Shown piece after piece: positions 42,137-45,380 of a stretch of DNA of 45,380 bases (position 1 is the first letter of the stretch; the number at the start of each line of letters is the position of its first letter). The notes beneath the pieces are model-generated. The model worked only from the letters and a program-made list of their open reading frames with translations, ran no database searches and had not been told where the DNA came from. The position numbers and the translations under genes were made by a program. Source of the DNA: a virus. Its lineage: Duplodnaviria > Caudoviricetes. The stretch is from positions 1-45,380 of the IMG/VR virus record IMGVR_UViG_3300037834_000026, one strand, 5' to 3'.

Positions 42137-42421
42137 ATGGCTATCGAACACGAGCGAACCGAGGACGTGACCTGCCCGTTCTGCGGCTATGAGTTCGATT
42201 TCGGGCGGTCCAGGGACATGGTGGAGTACGAAGATTACGAGTGCGAGAAGTGCAAACGGGTTTTCTACCTGGCCAGCGCGGAGAAGCTGTACACGACGTA
42301 CGGAGCTTGCGCCAGGTACGGCGGCGAGCCGAGCCACGACTGGCAGCCGACCGTGGCAGAAGGGTACGAGAAGTGCGCGCGGTGCCGCGATGTCCGCAAG
42401 GTTCCCGTGCCTGCCGCATGA
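42137..42421 (+). CDS. Zn-ribbon protein
   Basis: CPFCG, CEKC, CARC. Confidence 0.7.
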   Translation: MAIEHERTEDVTCPFCGYEFDFGRSRDMVEYEDYECEKCKRVFYLASAEKLYTTYGACARYGGEPSHDWQPTVAEGYEKCARCRDVRKVPVPAA

Positions 42422-42729
42422 AGGAATACCCGGCCGTCCTCCGGGGCTTCCAGGTCAGACGTGACGACGCGGGCGTGCTGCGCTACAGCCTGGCCGTCGA
42501 GTTCGATGAATTCGGGATGACCGCCGTGGAGGGTCCGGCGGGGACGGCCGAACATCCCGGCACCGTGCTGACGGTCCTGGTGGCCAGGCTTCTGGAACAC
42601 TTCTGGGCTGCGTCCACGGACGACCTGCGGGACATCGCGTGCGTCATCCGCGCCGACGACGAGCGCGGGGAACGGATTGTCGCCGTGCGCTCGTTCGCGC
42701 GCACGGACTGGCTGGAGCTGGCACGATGA
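42418..42729 (+). CDS. Hypothetical protein
   Basis: ATGA-coupled; 103 aa. Confidence 0.65.
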   Translation: MKEYPAVLRGFQVRRDDAGVLRYSLAVEFDEFGMTAVEGPAGTAEHPGTVLTVLVARLLEHFWAASTDDLRDIACVIRADDERGERIVAVRSFARTDWLELAR

Positions 42730-42873
42730 GCGCGACTATGCCGATGATTCCGGCCCGCGCGAGCCGGATGTCTTTGCGGCAGGCGAGGAACCAGTTTTTC
42801 GTCTTCCCTACTGACCTTGCGGCGGTTAATATACTCCCGTATAGAGGAGTGGTGCGCGCCGGGGGCGTAAGCC

Positions 42874-43296
42874 ATGGACATGTTCACCAAGGAGCGGCGT
42901 TCCGAGATCATGGCCCGAATAACCGGCAAGGACACCAAGCCGGAGATTCTGGTCAGGAGGCTCCTGCACCGCATGGGGTTCCGGTTTCGGATTCACAGGA
43001 CGGATTTGCCTGGGAAGCCTGACATCGTGCTGCCGAAGTACAAGTCCGTGGTCTTCGTTCACGGGTGCTTCTGGCACGGGCACGATTGCAAGAAGGGAAG
43101 CTCGACGCGCCGCCCCAAGAGCAACACCGGCTACTGGAACCAGAAGCTGGACCGCAATCGGACACGTGACGCACGTAACGCAGAGCAGCTGCGAGACCTG
43201 GGCTGGAGGCGGATTGTCATATGGGCCTGCGAAATGGCAGACCTGGAAAGTCTAGAACGCCGGCTGCGAACGGAGTTGGAAAGCACTCCGTCGTGA
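42874..43296 (+). CDS. vsr: Very short patch repair endonuclease
   Basis: RSEIMARI.GKDTKPE, LPGKPDIV, FVHGCFWHGH, LGW....WACE. Confidence 0.95.
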   Translation: MDMFTKERRSEIMARITGKDTKPEILVRRLLHRMGFRFRIHRTDLPGKPDIVLPKYKSVVFVHGCFWHGHDCKKGSSTRRPKSNTGYWNQKLDRNRTRDARNAEQLRDLGWRRIVIWACEMADLESLERRLRTELESTPS

Positions 43297-44240
43297 AGCC
43301 GACGGTGGCCTCGTTTTTCTCGGGCATCGGCGGCTTCGATCTGGGTTTCGAGCGTGCCGGGTTCAGTGTGACTTACCAGTGTGAGATCAATGCATACTGC
43401 CGATCAATCCTCCAGAAACACTGGCCGATCCTCACGCCGAGCGAGGACATCAAAAAAGCCACCGACCGAACAGCCATCCCTGTTTCCGATGTCTGGGCCG
43501 GAGGATTCCCCTGCCAAGACGTCTCCTTGGCTCGCATGGGGCCGAGAGCTGGGCTTAAAGGGCGACAGTCTGGACTCTTTCATGAGTTTTCTCGGTTGGT
43601 TGGAGAGCACCGCCCCAGAGTTGTTCTCATCGAAAACGTGCCAGGTCTTCTCTCTTCCCACGAAGGGCGAGACTTCCTCGTTGTCGTTCAAACTCTGGCC
43701 GAACTCGGGTATGGTGTGGGATGGCGTGTGCTTAACAGCAAAAACTTCGGAATCCCCCAGTCACGCCAGCGAGTCTTCATTGTGGGAACTCATGGAGAAA
43801 GGGGAGGTCCCGCAGAAGTACTTTTTGAGTCCGAATGCGGCGAAGGGAATTCTGCGCCGCGCGGACCGGATGAAGCGCGAGCTGTTTCCCCCTTTAAGGA
43901 AAGCGTTGGAGATCCTATCAAAGGCCCAATCGTGAAGCGGATGGCGCACTGCCTGTACGCCTGCTCGGCACGCCATACCGGGACCGACTGGAGCCGGAAT
44001 TACGCCGTCTACCCCGAAGGCCGAGTCCGCCGGTTCGTGCCCGTTGAGTGCGAGCGGTTGCAAGGCTTCCCGGACGGTTGGACCATACCGGCAGAGGGCT
44101 CGCCGTTCTGCTGCGCCGACGACCTCGACTCGCTGCGGTACTACGCCCTTGGCAACGCTGTTTCTGTTCCCGTCGCCGAGTGGCTTGCTACCCGCATCGC
44201 CCGCTACCTCGCCAACCATCCGACATCAGCCAAAAAGTAA
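43293..44240 (+). CDS. C5 cytosine methyltransferase (alpha polypeptide)
   Basis: FFSGIGG, GGFPCQD, IENVPG, QSRQRVF, ECERLQGFPD, GNAVSVPV; GTG overlaps vsr stop. Confidence 0.95.
   Translation: MKPTVASFFSGIGGFDLGFERAGFSVTYQCEINAYCRSILQKHWPILTPSEDIKKATDRTAIPVSDVWAGGFPCQDVSLARMGPRAGLKGRQSGLFHEFSRLVGEHRPRVVLIENVPGLLSSHEGRDFLVVVQTLAELGYGVGWRVLNSKNFGIPQSRQRVFIVGTHGERGGPAEVLFESECGEGNSAPRGPDEARAVSPFKESVGDPIKGPIVKRMAHCLYACSARHTGTDWSRNYAVYPEGRVRRFVPVECERLQGFPDGWTIPAEGSPFCCADDLDSLRYYALGNAVSVPVAEWLATRIARYLANHPTSAKK
43381..43935 (+). CDS. Overprinted +1-frame ORF, putative MTase beta polypeptide
   Basis: 184 codons inside the MTase gene; WPNSGM...SESPS...SSL..LME...PQKYFLSP.AA.GILRRA; start uncertain. 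Confidence 0.7.
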   Translation: MRSMHTADQSSRNTGRSSRRARTSKKPPTEQPSLFPMSGPEDSPAKTSPWLAWGRELGLKGDSLDSFMSFLGWLESTAPELFSSKTCQVFSLPTKGETSSLSFKLWPNSGMVWDGVCLTAKTSESPSHASESSLWELMEKGEVPQKYFLSPNAAKGILRRADRMKRELFPPLRKALEILSKAQS

Positions 44241-45380
44241 CGTCTCCAGCGCGGCCAGCGCTTCCGGCGACGGCCGCTCCGCAGCGCTCGCCGGGAGTCT
44301 CGGCGACGGGATCGTTCCGCTGCCCCGCAAGACCGCCTCGTCAATTTGAACGCCGGCGTCCTGCATCCTCTCCGCCGACGCCGCCGGAACGATGACCTCG
44401 TATGCGGTGCCGTTCCAGCGCACCAGGATCAGCCCCTCGTCAAACGCCCAGTGGTGCAGCTTGCACAGGCAGATGCCGTTGCGCGCGTGGTCCAGGTCGT
44501 ACTCCGCGTATGGCAGGATGTGCGCCGAGTCCACGCCGGGGCATCCGCCGCTGCCGACCGGCGGCAGGCGAAGGCCGCAGACCGCACAGGTGAACCGCCA
44601 AGCCCGCTGCACCTGGCGCCGGAACCGCACCGCAGAACCTCCCCGCGCGGCGGCCCATCTGCGCTGTTGGGCGATGGTCCGGCGCCGAAGCACGATATCC
44701 TCTTGCGGGATCGCCGTCGGGTTGATGTTCGCCTCGGGCGGGTCGATCTGGATGATGCTCTCCAGCGTGGGAAGCGGGTCGGTGTTCGGCGCGGCGGGCA
44801 CCACGTCATAGTCCGCCGCCGTCTCCGCCATACGCTGCTGTAGGTCGTCGGTGATCCTCAATGCGTCGTGAGACACCATCCCGCCGCCCTGCATGAGCTG
44901 GCGATGCTCGGCCAACAGGTCTCTAACATCGTCCTCGTACCTGGCCGCGTGGTCCCACAGCCGAACAACCTCGGCGTAGCGGTCGGCGAACGCGAACTCA
45001 TGCTGTCCCGACTGGTTGCGCACCTCCACCAGACGGACGGTCACGACCGCCAGCCCCGGCTGCGTCACGTCCACTGCGCCGAGCCGCAGGTGCATGATGC
45101 CGTACTCCCGGTTGCGCATGATTGGCTGGCCGGGCATCCAGGCGTCCTCATCGCGGGCCGGTCGTGGAAGCAGGAGCGCTCCGGCGACGTGCCAGTGTGG
45201 ATACAGGTCGCGCCCGCCGGCCTGGTCGGCAGCGAGCCGTATACGATGCTTGCCGCCCTGCTCGCCAAAGATCGATCCGGTGTCGATGGTGTTCCCGTCG
45301 GGAAGGCGGATGCGGATGCGACGCCCGAGAAGGACGTCCTGCTGCGGGTCTCCGGTCTGGAAGTCCGGGTCCCCCGGCAT
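44226..45380 (-). CDS. HNH endonuclease, putative cognate restriction enzyme
   Basis: CAVCG...DSAHILP....D..RNGICLCKLHHWAFDEGLI; convergent with MTase. Confidence 0.85.
   Translation of the reverse strand: MPGDPDFQTGDPQQDVLLGRRIRIRLPDGNTIDTGSIFGEQGGKHRIRLAADQAGGRDLYPHWHVAGALLLPRPARDEDAWMPGQPIMRNREYGIMHLRLGAVDVTQPGLAVVTVRLVEVRNQSGQHEFAFADRYAEVVRLWDHAARYEDDVRDLLAEHRQLMQGGGMVSHDALRITDDLQQRMAETAADYDVVPAAPNTDPLPTLESIIQIDPPEANINPTAIPQEDIVLRRRTIAQQRRWAAARGGSAVRFRRQVQRAWRFTCAVCGLRLPPVGSGGCPGVDSAHILPYAEYDLDHARNGICLCKLHHWAFDEGLILVRWNGTAYEVIVPAASAERMQDAGVQIDEAVLRGSGTIPSPRLPASAAERPSPEALAALETLLFG

Larger units (their letters stand above)
9591..42729. mobile_element. Siphovirus-like prophage with Mu-like head module and no integrase or transposase of its own
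   Basis: Ordered lysis-tail-head-terminase-replication-switch-early modules; boundaries approximate. Confidence 0.88.

Noticed and set aside
9540-42870. att-like direct repeats bounding the phage part
   Set aside because: None found by eye at ~9.6 kb versus ~42.8 kb; a computed repeat search is still needed

Overview
This window looks like a GC-rich integrated element with three parts. It begins at an integrase ATG and ends at an HNH gene ATG, so no att sites are visible. (1) 1-~9.6 kb is an integrative, probably mobilizable module: tyrosine integrase, excisionase-like HTH, Prim-Pol, small membrane/secreted proteins, a Replic_Relax-like relaxase, a VirD4/TraD-like ATPase, an ECF sigma factor and a DUF932-like gene. 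These genes have clear Shine-Dalgarno sites. (2) ~9.6-42.7 kb is an apparently complete siphovirus-like phage: lysis, tail, Mu-like head genes, terminase, a replication initiator with internal iterons, RusA, a C5 methyltransferase, a divergent switch and an early operon. It has no integrase of its own and uses SD-less pyrimidine-rich or leaderless starts. (3) 42.9-45.4 kb holds Vsr, a C5 methyltransferase with an overprinted second ORF (M.EcoHK31I alpha/beta-like) and a convergent HNH endonuclease. The most notable signals are: the phage/mobilization hybrid; an A10 slippery tract at the portal/MuF junction that matches the tail-chaperone frameshift motif; a ~175-nt multibranched RNA and a thrice-repeated two-hairpin motif in the early operon; a pseudoknot/attenuator-like rep leader; and nested or overprinted genes. 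All family calls come from motif recognition by eye; no database search was run.
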